Part shown: positions 15,496-35,566 of the stretch, one piece after another
Numbering within the stretch: the stretch's first letter is position 1
How the letters are laid out: every line of letters starts with the position of its first letter
From: the human T2T-CHM13v2.0 reference genome, Homo sapiens
NCBI RefSeq assembly: GCF_009914755.1
Contig: NC_060928.1
Direction: 5' to 3' (one strand)
Length of the DNA: 64,000 nt
Program-made: the position numbers and the translations under genes
Notes under the pieces: model-generated
Databases searched by the model: none
What the model saw: only the letters and a program-made list of their open reading frames with translations
Told to the model about the DNA's origin: nothing

Positions 15496-15759
15496 TTATT
15501 TAGGTTCTGTAGGCTCTATCAAGGGATTTTGATACTATTCTAATTGTAATAAGAAACCATAGGAAGATTTGGAGCAAAGCAGTGATATGATGACTTAGTA
15601 TTTTAAATGACTAAGTGATGCTAAAACCTTAAATCTGAGTACAACAATAGTTATACTTATCACTAGTTTTCAGTTGTGTACCGAATTGCCCACTCATGAA
15701 TTGAGTTTATTATCAATGTTTTGAGAAAATAATGACAATTTTTAGAAATTATAGTAATT

Positions 15760-16100
15760 AGTTATAATAATATCCCCATTGAATCACGCCCCCCTGTATC
15801 CATTGCCTTTATGCAGTCAGTCCCCTAACGCAGACACTGAGTGTGGCCCCCCACATTGACTCTTTGTCTTGCTTTGGCCAGTGAGGCATGAGTAAATATG
15901 TCACAAGCAGAGGTTTGAAACCCAATTAGGTGATGGAGCTTGCTCTCCCACAGCTGGTGGAACCCAGCAACCATGTGAAAAAGCTCAGACTACCCTGCTG
16001 GACTGTAAGTAACACTTCACCCGGTTGCCTCCACCACCCCTGCTGATAGCCAGCCAGCGACCACCAAGCATATGAAGAAACCCAGCCACAGAAGTAAGCC
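15760..16100 (+). mobile_element. MLT1-type MaLR LTR fragment
   Basis: gctttggccagtgag..acaagcagaggtttgaaa..ccatgtgaaaaagctc motifs. Confidence 0.55.
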
Positions 16101-17802
16101 CATAAAATGATATATTCCCAAAACATTAGGAATACAAAAAACAATTCCTAATTTATTAATATTACTTATTCTTGTGAAGGTACCCAAATACAGTTACTAT
16201 ACATAAGCACCATTCCAAAGAGATGCATCTGTATTAGTTTAGCAGCTATTTCTAGGGAAGGGACTTGTGAATCTATCTCTTTTATATAATTTCTTTCATT
16301 TCTTTCCTTTGAGTTTTTTGTAATTCATAATTTCACAAGTTTCAAAACTAAAAAATTATAAGATGATATCCAGTTAAAAAGTCCTCCTGTTTCTGTCCTA
16401 TCCACCTAGGACTCCCCTTCCACATAACCATTATCATTTATTTTGTATGTATTCTTCCAGAATTTATATTTTTTATTTGAGAGCCAAATCAGTAAAACCA
16501 TATTTATATGGTTTTTAAACTAATGAATGGGCCAAAAAAAAGGGATGATATAATGATATTTGTTACAAGAGAACAATTTCTGCATAGCATGTTTGCTACT
16601 GGGTCTTATTAACTAAGTAATTAAAGAGATATTTATTGAGTCTCTTCTCAAGCATGATTCCAGGTGCTGGCTATAAATGTATCCCATATAAGAACATCAC
16701 CAATATACTACAGTGAAACCAAAATTAGGTTTTAATGCATAGCTTTAATTTCACATGTAATAAAACAATAATTTTTTAAAGTATTAAATTTATTACAATT
16801 TCAATTGCAAATGTAAAACTTTCAAATAGTAAATTTACTAAGCTCCTCTTGAAAGAGGCACAGTACTGAAATCCAGTCAAACATTAGTTTATCTTGATGA
16901 AGTTTAAATGAGTGCTTTAAAATTCATCCTCTTAGTACTAAAGAACTAGAAGTGATTTTGAGGATGTTCCTGAATTTTAAATACAATACAAATGCATATA
17001 TGCTGATTAATATAATCTCATGTTATTAATATATATCTGCCAATGCTCCTTGAATAATTTGAAATATTGTTCAAAAACATCATCTATTGTGATTCTGGTC
17101 TTGCTTTACTATCTAATACCTCAAATTTCCAGCAGGTACCTACGGAATGGGTTGAGGCAGGAGAAATACAACACTATACAAGGCTGTTTCTTCACACTGG
17201 CCAGGAAAACACAACTGGAGACTGTGTGACCAACAGCCTGGGCACCTCGGCCAAACTATGTAGGGAGTATGCCGCAGGCGCATAGCTGATGACTCTGAAA
17301 GCAGCAGCATCCAGTAAAGACAATGTAAGAACACACTTATTCCCCACTTCTTAAGTGTCCATGCAGAGGAGCTAGATTAGCACTCCTGGCCTCTTTCCAA
17401 AACCTCCTCTTAATTCTTTTCTATTGAAGAGGAGTGAGCTGTCTGGTAGGTGAACTGAGAGGAAGAAACTGGGCATGTTCAGTTCAGCTCTTTCCTCTAT
17501 AGAGTCAGTGTTCTTGCTCTGGTCAGCTGTTCTTGCTTGGTCTCTGCCCTGTGGCTGAGAATCTGACTGGTGGAAAGCTCAGAGTCACTGTCTGGGACTT
17601 GCAGGCAAGTTTAATTCTGGAGGCAATTATAGCAAACACGCTTGATATCAGATCTGAAGCCACAGTCACAAATGGACTTTTCAGTTATAATGATGATGCT
17701 TTGACCTCCAAAAGTCTGACTCATAAATTCATCTCTCAATGGTTTCAAACTCAATTGGGAGATAGGATATTTGTCCCCAAATACAGCAATAGATACAGTA
17801 TT

Positions 17803-18228
17803 TTAAATTTTTATTATTATTTAAACTTTTATTTTAGGTTCAGGAGTACATGTGCAAGATTGTCATGTAGGTAAACTTGTGTCACAGGGGTCTGTTATAC
17901 AGATTATTTCATCACCCAGGTACTAAATCTAGTACCCAATAGTTACTGATCCTCTCCCTCCTCCCACCTCCACCCTCTAGCAGGCCCTGTGTCTGTTGTT
18001 CCCCTCTTTGTGTCCATGTGTTCTCGTCACTTAACTCCCACTTATAAGTGAGAACATGCAGTATTTGGTTTTCTGTTCCTGTGTTAGTTTGCTTAAATTT
18101 TTATTATTTGGTGGAGACGGGGTCTTGCTATGTTGCCCAGGCTAGTCTTGAACTCCCAGCCTCAAGTGATCCTCCCACCTGGGCCTCTCAAAGCACTGGG
18201 ATTACAGGCATGAGCCACTGCACCCTGA
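17803..18228 (-). mobile_element. L1PA 3' fragment (17819-18092) nested in the tail of a FLAM/Alu monomer
   Basis: Inner TSD ttaaatttttattatt (17803, 18093); outer TSD agatacagtattt (17791, about 18229). Confidence 0.82.
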
Positions 18229-18518
18229 CAGATACAGTATTTCTAACTTAACACATAATTTGATTTTGAAATTAACATTTTAATTTGACGTTACAAAATA
18301 CGTGTATATTGTCTGCAAATCTATTTTATTTAGAGATGAAAGCCCTAGCACATTACAACACAAGCCCACAGTATTGATTATTATCTACAGCAAATGTAAT
18401 AATATCTCACACGTTGACATGTTTTCACGAACACATAAAGGTTCCAAAGGCAGCAATGGAGAGTTTAAGCACTACACAAACACCTACATTATTACAAAAT
18501 ATCTTCAATTGGAATTAC

Positions 18519-18566
18519 CTGAGGCTGAGAATCAATGGACAGAAAAGACGAACAAGTATCATCTAT
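18519..18566 (-). CDS. NMU: NMU coding exon 3 (IDDTCSSFLSIDSQPQ)
   Basis: Acceptor ttttctacag|ATA, donor CAG|gtaat; 48 nt, phase 0-0. Confidence 0.97.
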
Positions 18567-19687
18567 CTGTAGAAAACAAAAATGTCAGTTACATCCTGGG
18601 AATGGACAGAAAATAACAGAAAGTAGATTTTACAAAGTCACATTACCTATGGAACATTAACCACAGTTCCATGATAGTTTAGGACTCTGGATTTGGAAGA
18701 CAGGAGCCTCAAAAACTTTATAAGAGAGTCTTGGAAATGAGACTTCCCTCAAGATGTCCCCCTGACCGCAGGGTATACGTCTCTAGTGACTGCTGACAGG
18801 GACCATCCTAGGGCATGAAGATGCCTCACATTAATATATTGAGGAAAAGACTTTTCACGTATTATTTAGCCTGAGAAATGTGAGAGCTGGCTAAAGAATG
18901 ACCTTGAAATTAAGGCAGACCTTTGGTTATCATATGGTTCTTTATGACACATGAACCTAATGTCACCTAAATTAACATAATAACAGCATGATAAACAGCA
19001 TACCAGAAAAATTGTTCATACAACATAGGCAATCCACTAGATCTCTCCCATGAAACCAGTATTGGAAGAGAGTTCTATTTTATAATGAGGGTTTATTGAG
19101 CTACAGTTGGCAACTAACTATTTTCAGTCCTTATCCTAAAAAGAAAACTTGAGACTTTAAACGGTAGAATGAGAGACTTATATTAATCATAAAAAACCTA
19201 TGCTGAGAAGTTAAGCACTAAGCTGGATGTCTGGCGTTGTTTATGACATTTATTTCTTTGATGGCCTTTTAAAATGGAACTGGAAAAAAATGGTACTGAT
19301 TCTTGTCTCTCTGGAATGATAGAGGTTGAGTCCTATTCATGGTATTCCATCTCAGAGGCCAGTTTCAGTACCAGAATTCTTTTTCTCATAGCAGGGGGCG
19401 GATTATTATACTCTACTGTCATAAATTCTCAAGCTCCTCATTGCTTCCAAGTTGAACATGTCCTAAAATATATTATTTCCTAACTTAGAGAATAACAAAG
19501 GTATAAGATATTACAGAAAAAGCATAAGCTTATGTCTCCTTCCTTTTTATCCTCACAGAACTTTTATCCTCCTTTTATCCTCATCTTCCCTTTATGTCCC
19601 AAATATTTGGGGAATTGTTTGTTCCACTCATCCTTTGCACCCACCCACCTGGTCCCTCTTCCTTGCCATACAAACCTGAAATCATGG

Positions 19688-19719
<32 letters not shown>

Positions 19720-20375
19720 TGAGGGTAGGGGCCGTGTTATCGCTAAATTGCCCAGAATAAGTGTTCAACAAAAATCCTTTAATTAAGTTGTATTAAACTT
19801 GTGGGGGGGAAAAAAGTGAATTGAGAGGGGAAAGTCAAAAAGATAACCATTTTAAAGCTCTGACTTTTGAGCAATGCTTACTACATCACCTCCAAATGTC
19901 ACCTTCTGTGGTTCAGTAGGGTAGGAGAAAGTAGTTCCTACTCTTTTATGGTGTGCAGGTATCTGAAGACATTACCCACTCCAGGGGAACACTGTCCACC
20001 CACAGACCAGGCTGCCCATCTATGTGAGGTGGTCCATGTTCAAGAACAGAGAACCCTTGAATCTCAGGACATCAACGTCATTTGAATAAAAACATCAGAC
20101 TTTTAAAAACCCAGTTAGTCAAATTAGGAGATAACTGCAAAGTTTTTCAGTCTTTGTTCTCATTTCTTTGAAGGACACAGGAACTCTGCTTGCCCACTTT
20201 CCATTTGAGTAAGCATTTGTTCACTGTACTCAGCATATGGCTCTAATGGTTTTGAATGCCACTGACTGCTTTTGAGAACTCTGTACAGACCATTGGTAAA
20301 TCTCATTGAAAATGTTTAGGTCTCTACATATGGTTAGAAAGAATGTGTTTCTAGTGCCTGGGTAGCTCTGTAATT

Positions 20376-20679
20376 ATTATTATTTATTTATTTTAATTTT
20401 ACTTTAAGTTCTGGGAAACATGTGCAGAACGTGCAGGTTTGTTACATAGGTATACACATGCCATGGTGGTTTGTTGCACCCATCAACTCGTCATCTAGGT
20501 TTTAAGCCCCGCATGCATTAGGTATTTGTCTTAATGCTCTCCCTCCCCTTGCCCCCCAACACCCCCGACAGGCTCCGGTGTGTGATGTTCCCCTCCCTGT
20601 GTCCACTTGTTCTCATTGTTCAACTCCCACTTACGAGTGAGAAATTGTGTTTGGTTTTCTGTTCCTGTGTTGGTTTGCT
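20376..20679 (-). mobile_element. 5'-truncated L1PA 3' end
   Basis: catgtgcagaacgtgcaggtttgttac; TSD gtagctctgtaatt at 20362 and 20680. Confidence 0.88.
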
Positions 20680-20745
20680 GTAGCTCTGTAATTTTTAAAT
20701 CTTCAAGCAGAAAAATTAACTATATGTTCCTAGCATCTTAACTTC

Positions 20746-21078
20746 CTTTCTTTCTTTTCTTTCTTTCTTGTCTTTCTTTCTTCTCCTTCTTTTCTCTCTC
20801 CTCTTTCTTCTTTCTTTTCTTCTCTCTTTCTTTCTCATCTTTCTTCTCTCTCTTCCTTTCTTCTCTCTTTCTTCTCTCTTTTCTTTCTTTTTCTTTCTTC
20901 TCTCTTTCTTCTTTCTTTCTTTTTCTTCTCTTTCTTTCTTCTCTCTCTTTCTTCTCTTTCTTTCCCTTTCTTTCTTCTCTTCCTTTTCTTCTCTTTCTTC
21001 TCTCTTTCTTCTTTCTTTTCTCTCTCTTTCTTTCTTCTCTCTCTCTTTCTTTCTTTCTCTCTTTCTTTTTTTTTTTTT
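20746..21078. repeat. About 330-bp polypyrimidine (TTTC/TTCTC) low-complexity tract
   Basis: Almost purely C/T on the plus strand. Confidence 0.95.
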
Positions 21079-21329
21079 GTCTGGCTGTCACCCAGATTGC
21101 AGTGCAGTGGTACAATAAGGGCTCACTGCAGCCTTGACTTCTTGGGCTCAAGTGATCCTCCAACCTCAACCTCCTGAGTAGCTGGGACCACAGGCAAGCA
21201 CCACCATGCCTGGCTTATTTTTTATTATTTATAGAGATGAGGTCTCACTATGTTACCCAGGCTGGTCTTGAACTTCTGAGCTCAAGTGATCCTCCTGCTG
21301 CCTCGGCCTGTCAAAGAACTGATATTAGG
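20746..21329 (-). mobile_element. AluJ-like element split by the L1 (5' end resumes at 27371-27407); tail expanded into a CT-rich tract
   Basis: Alu body 21079-21329; Alu TSD gcatcttaacttc at 20733-20745 and 27408-27420. Confidence 0.88.
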
Positions 21330-21567
21330 GTTCAGGGAGGAGCCAAGATGGCCGAATAGGAACAGCTCCGGTCTACAGCTCCCAGCGTGAGCGACGCAGA
21401 AGACGGGTGATTTCTGCATTTCCATCTGAGGTACCGGGTTCATCTCACTAGGGAGTGCCAGACAGTGGGCGCAGGCCAGTGGGTGCGCGCACCGTGCGCG
21501 AGCCGAAGCAGGGCGAGACATTGCCTCACCTGGGAAGCGCAAGGGGTCAGGGAGTTCCCTTTCCGAG

Positions 21568-21783
21568 TCAAAGAAAGGGGTGACGGACGCACCTGGAAAA
21601 TCGGGTCACTCCCACCCGAATATTGCGCTTTTCAGACCGGCTTAAGAAACGGCGCACCACGAGACTATATCCCACACCTGGCTCAGAGGGTCCTACGCCC
21701 ACGGAATCTCGCTGATTGCCAGCACAGCAGTCTGAGATCAAACTGCAAGGCGGCAGCGAGGCTGGGGGAGGGGCGCCCGCCAT
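21568..21783 (-). CDS. L1 ORF0 (71 aa, antisense in the 5'UTR), intact
   Basis: MAGAPPPASLPPCSLISDCC...RHPFL inside ORF 21568..21852; ATG context ggcaATGg; donors CAG|gtgtgg (21678) and CAG|gtgcgt (21593). Confidence 0.88.
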   Translation of the reverse strand: MAGAPPPASLPPCSLISDCCAGNQRDSVGVGPSEPGVGYSLVVRRFLSRSEKRNIRVGVTRFSRCVRHPFL

Positions 21784-22238
21784 TGCCCAGGCTTGATTAG
21801 GTAAACAAAGCAGCCGGGAAGCTCGAACTGGGTGGAGCCCACCACAGCTCAAGGAGGCCTGCCTGCCTCTGTAGGCTCCACCTCTGGGGGCAGGGCACAG
21901 ACAAACAAAAAGACAGCAGTAACCTCTGCAGACTTAAGTGTCCCTGTCTGACAGCTTTGAATAGAGCAGTGGTTCTCCCAGCACGCAGCTGGAGATCTGA
22001 GAACTGGCAGACTGCCTCCTCAAGTGGGTCCCTGACCCCTGACCCCCGAGCAGCCTAACTGGGAGGCACCCCCCAGCAGGGGCACACTGACACCTCACAA
22101 GGCAGGGTATTCCAACAGACCTGCAGCTGAGGGCCCTGTCTGTTAGAAGGAAAACTAACAACCAGAAAGGACATCCACACCGAAAACCCATCTGTATATC
22201 ACCATCATCAAAGACCAAAAGTAGATAAAACCACAAAG

Positions 22239-23255
22239 ATGGGGAAAAAACAGAACAGAAAAACTGGAAACTCTAAAATGCAGAGCGCCTCTCCTCCTCC
22301 AAAGGAACGCAGTTCCTCACCAGCAACGGAACAAAGCTGGATGGAGAATGATTTTGACGAGCTGAGAGAAGAAGGCTTCAGACGATCAAATTACTCTGAG
22401 CTACGGGAGGACATTCAAACCAAAGGCAAAGAAGTTGAAAACTTTGAAAAAAATTTAGAAGAATGTATAACTAGAATAACCAATACAGAGAAGTGCTTAA
22501 AGGAGCTGATGGAGCTGAAAACCAAGGCTCGAGAACTACGTGAAGAATGCAGAAGCCTCAGGAGCCGATGCGATCAACTGGAAGAAAGGGTATCAGCAAT
22601 GGAAGATGAAATGAATGAAATGAAGCGAGAAGGGAAGTTTAGAGAAAAAAGAATAAAAAGAAATGAGCAAAGCCTCCAAGAAATATGGGACTATGTGAAA
22701 AGACCAAATCTACGTCTGATTGGTGTACCTGAAAGTGATGTGGAGAATGGAACCAAGTTGGAAAACACTCTGCAGGATATTATCCAGGAGAACTTCCCCA
22801 ATCTAGCAAGGCAGGCCAACGTTCAGATTCAGGAAATACAGAGAACGCCACAAAGATACTCCTCGAGAAGAGCAACTCCAAGACACATAATTGTCAGATT
22901 CACCAAAGTTGAAATGAAGGAAAAAATGTTAAGGGCAGCCAGAGAGAAAGGTCGGGTTACCCTCAAAGGGAAGCCCATCAGACTAACAGCGTATCTCTCG
23001 GCAGAAACCCTACAAGCCAGAAGAGAGTGGGGGCCAATATTCAACATTCTTAAAGAAAAGAATTTTCAACCCAGAATTTCATATCCAGCCAAACTAAGCT
23101 TCATAAGTGAAGGAGAAATAAAATACTTTATAGACAAGCAAATGCTGAGAGATTTTGTCACCACCAGGCCTGCCCTAAAAGAGCTCCTGAAGGAAGCGCT
23201 AAACATGGAAAGGAACAACCAGTACCAGCCGCTGCAAAATCATGCCAAAATGTAA
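22239..23255 (+). CDS. L1 ORF1p (338 aa, intact)
   Basis: MGKKQNRK start, coiled coil, ARREWG and YPAKLS motifs, full length. Confidence 0.95.
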   Translation: MGKKQNRKTGNSKMQSASPPPKERSSSPATEQSWMENDFDELREEGFRRSNYSELREDIQTKGKEVENFEKNLEECITRITNTEKCLKELMELKTKARELREECRSLRSRCDQLEERVSAMEDEMNEMKREGKFREKRIKRNEQSLQEIWDYVKRPNLRLIGVPESDVENGTKLENTLQDIIQENFPNLARQANVQIQEIQRTPQRYSSRRATPRHIIVRFTKVEMKEKMLRAAREKGRVTLKGKPIRLTAYLSAETLQARREWGPIFNILKEKNFQPRISYPAKLSFISEGEIKYFIDKQMLRDFVTTRPALKELLKEALNMERNNQYQPLQNHAKM

Positions 23256-23294
23256 AGACCATCGAGACTAGGAAGAAACTGCATCAACTAATGA

Positions 23295-27144
<3,850 letters not shown>

Positions 27145-27799
27145 ACAATGAGATCACATGGACACAGGAAGGGGAATATCACACTCTGGGGACTGTGGTG
27201 GGGTGGGGGGAGGGGGGAGGGATAGCATTGGGAGATATACCTAATGCTAGATGACGCGTTAGTGGGTGCAGCGCACCAGCATGGCACATGTATACATATG
27301 TAACTAACCTGCACAAAGTGCACATGTACCCTAAAACTTAAAGTATAATTAAAAAAAAAAAAAAAAAAAAAAGAACTGATATTAGGCCTGAGTCACCTTG
27401 CCCAGCTGCATCTTAACTTCTTTAAATATATTTTTTTCTGTAAAAGAATGTATACTTTTTTTTTGCAAGTCTGAGTTTTTTCCAGCATTATCATCTAAAG
27501 TATTTTTCCAATTATTTTCCATGGAAATATAGAGTATTTCAAGCTAAAATAAATGTGTCTGTACTATACATTAATATCTGTTATCTAAGTCACTCTTCAT
27601 CTTATTTATATTTCTAGCATGTACCTAGATATTCTATCAAGGCAGAGGCCCTTGTAATACACTTGATGAATTTCTATACTATTGAACACTGTTTTATACT
27701 TGGCACTTAGCATCTATCTTATCTTTTCCCTTATGTATTTTGTTGCGGGTGACCTAGGTACAAAGGGTACTCTTCTCAGTTCATAGCTCACTATCATCA

Positions 27800-32400
<4,601 letters not shown>

Positions 32401-32572
32401 ATTTTTGTTTCTTCTCTCCTTCTCTTTTATTTAATAAAAATAGTAATTCTGGGTTTTATTATTAGAGTGTTGGTAAAATCATAGTTCTCCCAAAGCTCAA
32501 TTATACATTTTAACATGATAATTTCAAAGAAGGGTAAAGTTTCTACAAATTTGTGTGATGATAGTTCCTTAC

Positions 32573-32631
32573 CTCATTCCACAACTGTAGCTGTTGTTCA
32601 GGCTGTAATCCTTGAGGTAATATTGGAGCAC
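32573..32631 (-). CDS. NMU: NMU coding exon 2 (GAPILPQGLQPEQQLQLWNE)
   Basis: Acceptor tatttttag|GT, donor GAG|gtaag; 59 nt restores phase 0; matches the known NMU precursor. Confidence 0.97.
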
Positions 32632-32857
32632 CTAAAAATAAAGTTGTAGCCACAGATTAATTTTATAGCATTTCTTCTAAAATTAAATATCCATATATAA
32701 TTCTTTCTCGCACACTTTCTTCATTTTTCACTGTACATCATCACCCACCTATTTCAATATTTCAGCATTTGACTTAGTACAAGGAGACATAATTACTAAA
32801 TAAACCTTAATAACATTACAAAGATATTACTCTCAAGAACGAATTACTTATGTCTAC

Positions 32858-34412
32858 AGACAAATAGAAACACATCTCATGCTCATGAATTGGAAGAATG
32901 AATATTATGAAAATGACCATACTGCCCAAAGCAATCTACAGATTCAATGCAATTCCCATCAAAACACCAACATCATTTTTTACAGAACTAGAAAAAACAA
33001 TCCTAAAATTCACATAAAACCAAAAAGAGCCCACACAGCCAAAGCAATACTAAGCAAAAAGAATACTTCTGGAGGCATCACATTACTGGACTTCAAATTA
33101 TACTATAAGCCTATAGTTACCAAAACAGTATGGTACTGGTATAAAAATAGGCATTTAGACTAACGGAAAAGAATAGAGAACAAAGAAAGAAAGCCAAATA
33201 CTTAAAACCAACTATTCTTCAACAAGTATACAAAAACATAAATTGGAGAAAGGACACCCTATTCAATAAATGGTGCTAGGAAAACTGACAAGCCACATAC
33301 AGAAGAATGAAAGTGGATCCTTATCTCTCACCTTAAAAATCAACTCAAGACCTATCAAAGACTTAAATATAAGACTTGAGACCATAACAATTCTAGAAGG
33401 TCCATTGGAAAAACTCTTTTGGACATTGGATTAGGCAAAGAATTCATGACTAAAACCCCAAAAGCAAATGCAACAAAAACAAAAATAAATAAATGGGACC
33501 TAATTAAACTAAAAGGCTTTTGCACAGCAAAAGAAATAATTAGCAGAGTAAACAGACAACCCACAGAGTAGGAGAAAATATTTGCAAACTATGCATCCAA
33601 CAAAGGACTAGTATCCAGAATCTATGAGGAACTCAAATCAGTGAGAAAAAACAATCCCATCAAAAAGTTGGCAAAGGACATGAATAGACATTTCTCAAAA
33701 GAAGATACACAAACAGCCAACAAACATATGAAAAAAATGCTCAGCATCACTAATCATCAGGGAAATGCAAATTAAAACCACAAGATAACACCTTACTCCT
33801 GCAAGAACAGCCATAATTAAAAAGTCAAAAAACAATAGATGTTGGCATGGATGTGTAAAAAGGGAAAACTTTTACACTACTGGTGGGAATGTAAACTAGT
33901 ACAACCACTATGGAAAACAGTATGGAAATTCCTTAAAGAACCAAAAGTAGATCTACAGTTTGATCCAGCAATCCCATTACTGGGTATCCATCCAAAGGAA
34001 AAGAAGTCATTATATGAAAAAGACACATGCACACACATGTTTATAGCAGCACAATTTGCAACTGCAAAGATATGGAAACAACCTAAGTGCCTATTGACCA
34101 ACAAGTGGATAAAGAAAATGTGGTCAATATATACACCATGGACTATCTCTCAGCCATAAAAAGAAACAAAGTAATGTCTTTTGCAGCAACTTGGATGGAG
34201 CCAGAGGCCATTATTTGAAGTGAAGGAATGGGAAACTAAATGCCATATGTTACCACTTATAAGTGGGAGCTAAGCTATGAGGACACAAAACATAGAGTGA
34301 TGTAATGGACTTTGGGGACTCGGAGGTGGAGGCTAGGAGGGGGTTGGGGGATAAAAGACTACATATTGGGTACAGTGTACACCACTCGGATGATGGGTGC
34401 CCTAAAAACTCA
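32858..34412 (+). mobile_element. L1PB-like 3' ORF2/3'UTR fragment
   Basis: [13 protein letters not shown]...WYWYKNR and [15 protein letters not shown] translations with stops. Confidence 0.9.
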
Positions 34413-35213
34413 GAAAATCAGTCTGGTTGATTGCATATCCTGATAGATTTTTTTTTCCTAATTCTACCATGTTTTAGGCAACTCTTGCCTTGAATTCATA
34501 CAAGTTTTTACTATTATTTCATTTAAGTTCTAATAACAACAATAATAATGACAGTAATCAACTACATTTTCTGTGGTACTAAGCATTAGAAATAACTTAT
34601 AAAGGTCATGCAGTCCATAAAAGAGTTGGTTTATTTCAGAACCTGACAGAATCCCCTTTCATGGGACAACTATTCAAAGTGGGTAAACAATCTTACACAC
34701 TTCTCAATTATATATTTCTCACCCTACCACAAACATATATCCCAAAGTCACAGTTATCTGGTAGATCCTACCCTGAGCTCATTGTTTTCAGGAAGGGATA
34801 AAGCTGTGCTTCTCAAATTTCCATATAAAACACCTGGTGACCTCACTAAATGAGATTCTGTTTGACACAGCATTCCTGTTTAAATAATGCTAATTTTTAT
34901 TCTTATACTTTTGACCATCCCCGACCCCCAGTAAAAGTGGAAGTTTCCACCTCAACTTCACTGTGTTCAGACACACCGCCTCATCAGAACCATGGAGAGT
35001 TTGCTTCTTTCCATTTCCCAAGCTTGCATGGGCCACTTAGAAAGGCCACTATGCCTAACTTAGCCCCAGGCACTTCCATAAAATAGAAAAAGGGTATTTT
35101 GTGGCTCTTCTAAAAAACACGTAAACACAGTTTCACTGTGGAAAAAAAAAAAAAAGGAGAGGAAACAAAATTAAAAAAAAATTCTATAATTTATAGAAAA
35201 CGACTAATATCCT

Positions 35214-35566
<353 letters not shown>

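Noticed and set aside
20738-21169. 143-aa K/E/R-rich and 116-aa F/L/S-rich ORFs
   Set aside because: Translations of the CT-rich microsatellite plus Alu; no coding evidence
21568-21783. In-frame ORF0-NMU fusion protein
   Set aside because: The ORF0 donors are phase 1 and 2 and the downstream NMU exons start in phase 0; both fusions to exon 3 stop almost immediately
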